From positions 124,001-188,000 of the forward strand of contig RHPI01000193.1 in assembly GCA_009103225.1 (NCBI GenBank): a stretch of 64,000 nt of DNA, given 5' to 3'. Source of the stretch: Chlorokybus atmophyticus. Taxonomy: Eukaryota; Plantae; Mesostigma and Chlorokybus algae. The position numbers were made by a program, and so were the translations under genes. The notes below the pieces were generated by a model. It saw nothing but the letters and a program-made list of their open reading frames with translations, was not told the DNA's origin and made no database searches. Of the stretch, positions 61,993 through 64,000 are shown in pieces. Position 1 is the stretch's first letter. The number at the start of each line of letters is the position of its first letter.

Positions 61993-64000
61993 GGAGGCTA
62001 CTGCTGGGGATAGGAAGGAGCCTCATGCACGGACGGATGCTGTGACATTTCCATTAAAGAAGCAAGAAGAGATGGCTTTGAACGCGCCAATGGTGGTGAG
62101 TTATGCAAACGAGGAGACAACAAAGTACTTCGGGCTTCGAGCACACATTTGCGATGACCAAGGACGATGGAGAGAGTGTAAGCTCATGATTGATAGCGGT
62201 GCCAACAGCAACTTCATGAGTATTGATATCGCGCGGCGTTACGGTTGGCTTTCGTCATTACGAGGAGGTGAAGTGAAGCTCGCTGATGGAGAGCCACCCT
62301 CTGGAGGTGATGGCGCTGCGTTTATGACCAAAGAGTTGTGCGTTCGCATTGGGAAGATGAAGGAGAGCATGCGATTTTGCTGCATCACCCTACGGAACGG
62401 GTTTGATGGGATTTTGGGACTACCGTGGCTATGGCAACATAATCCAGCCATCAATTGGAGGAAGCGCGTGCTCACCATCGAGCGAAACGGTGGAGAGTCC
62501 ATTCAAGCTGCATCGGACGTCATCGAGGCGCGGCACGCACAATTAGGTGGTACGACAATTGCCCAGATCTCTTATGTGCAATTGAGGAAGTTATTGTCTC
62601 CACGGAAGGCAAAGGCTGCATGGTTGTGCGTGGTGCGCGAAAACACTGCAAAGTCAGCACCGGAGCTGAGTGACGATGTTCAGACGGCTACTATGGACCC
62701 CGAGGTGTGTAAACTTGTTAAAGAATACCAAGATATCATGGTGGACGGACTTCCATCTGGTCTACCACCTCCACGGAGCGTAGACCACCGTGTGGAGCTG
62801 ATTGAGGGCGTGCACAAGCCACCGTATCGACCCGTATACAAGTTGTCACCTTTGGAACTGGAAGAGGCCGAGAGGCAGGTGGCGGACTTGCTGAAAAGAG
62901 GCTACATCAGGCCTAGTAAGTCCCCCTATGGTGCACCTATTTTGTTTGTACGAAAGAAGAACGGGAGCTTGCGCATGTGCGTCGACTACCGAGCTCTCAA
63001 CAACATCACGAAGAGGAATTGCTTTCCACTCCCACGTATCGACGAGTTGCTGGAGCAATTGCAAGGTGCGCAGTACTTCACAACACTTGATCTTGCTGGA
63101 GGTTATCACCAAATTCGCATCGCGCCCGAGGATGTGGAGAAAACAGCTTTTAACACACGTTATGGGCACTACGAGTGGTTGGTCATGTCCTTCGGACTTA
63201 CGAACGCACCGGCAACATTTCAAACGCTTATGAACAGCGTTTTTGCTGACTTGATTGGTAAGGGAGTCCTCGTGTACCTCGACGACATTTTGGTGTACGC
63301 GACAACCAAGGAGGAGCACGTGGCACTTCTACGGCGCGTGTTGCAGCGTTTGCGCGAACACAAGTTGTACGCCCAGCTACAGAAGTGCAAATTCTTGCTT
63401 CGAGAGGTGGAGTACCTAGGCCACATTGTGTCGCATGAAGGCATCAAGCCGGACCCCAACAAAGTGCAGGTGGTGCGCGAGTGGGCTGCCCCGACCAATG
63501 TAAAGGAGGTGATGTCCTTTTTAGGCCTTGCGGGGTATTATCGCAAGTTTATTATGGGGTTTTCGCGCATAGCTGCTCCCTTGACTACCCTACTGAAGAA
63601 GGGAAAGCATTGGAGCTGGTCAGCAACAGAGGAACATGCATTTGCTGCGTTGAAGAAGGCGCTGACGGAGGCACCAGTCCTGGCTCACCCCAACATGGAA
63701 AAGACATTTATTTTGGCTTGCGACGCGTCCGACACAGCCGTAGGAGCTGTTTTGCAGCAAGACCATGGCAACGGCCTTCAACCAGTAGCATTCTTCAGCA
63801 AGAAGATGAGTGGTGCGGAGCTGAATTACCCCGTGCACGAGAAGGAACTTTTAGCGCAAGTCATGGCGCTACGACAATGGCGTTGTTTTCTGGAAGGCAA
63901 AAAGTTCGTGCTTGAGACGGATCACTCTCCACTGAGGTACTTACAAACACAACCTCATCTGAGTCGCAGACAAGCTCGATGGCTTGAGTTCTTTCAACTT
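61993..64000 (+). CDS. pol: Ty3/gypsy Pol (protease, RT, RNase H), open to the window end
   Basis: Manually translated stop-free frame: IDSGANSNF (62192); GFDGILGLPWL; SPYGAPILFVRKKNGSLRMCVDYR; YLDD (63275); CDASDTAVGAVL; HEKELLA; ETDHSPL..RQARWLEF. Confidence 0.97.

Noticed and set aside
62846-63915. Antisense and alternate-frame ORFs over pol
   Set aside because: Shadow ORFs of the RT frame.
1-64000. CRISPR arrays, rRNA, intact tRNA genes, Fanzor/TnpB, giant-virus core genes
   Set aside because: No repeat-spacer array, rRNA motif, fully paired cloverleaf, RuvC/Zn-ribbon signature or viral hallmark was recognised.

Overview
Eukaryotic, transposon-dense window. It is probably from a green alga, possibly an early-diverging streptophyte; this is inferred from the TG/CA-rich introns, a plant-like ATXR2 and a PAC/Ole e 1-like domain. 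The one clearly intact host gene (8970-15149, +, 9 exons, about 1,545 aa if the N-gap length is right) encodes a predicted secreted chimeric protein. Its order is: signal peptide, six-Cys PAC/Pollen Ole e 1-like domain, Pro/Ser-rich rod, bacterial-type heparinase II/III-like lyase module, two myxobacterial-type CDGxDNDCDG repeats, and two bacterial-type beta-sandwich domains. The rest is mostly nested or decayed elements: a spliced Helitron with a CACTA insertion, an intron-retaining ATXR2/SMYD5 pseudogene split by a CACGG-TIR element carrying a tRNA-like sequence, and a ~5 kb tandem duplication joined by a single N (likely an artefact). Further along are an EN-first (Chlamys-type) Penelope-like element interrupted by a Ty3 gag-protease fragment, an unidentified spliced gene remnant, a perfect 466-bp-arm palindrome, a pogo-like transposon and a P-loop ATPase pseudogene. 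The window ends with a foldback repeat array, a degenerate CACTA transposase and a young Ty3/gypsy element nested in an older one. All family assignments are by motif recognition from memory; no searches were run.
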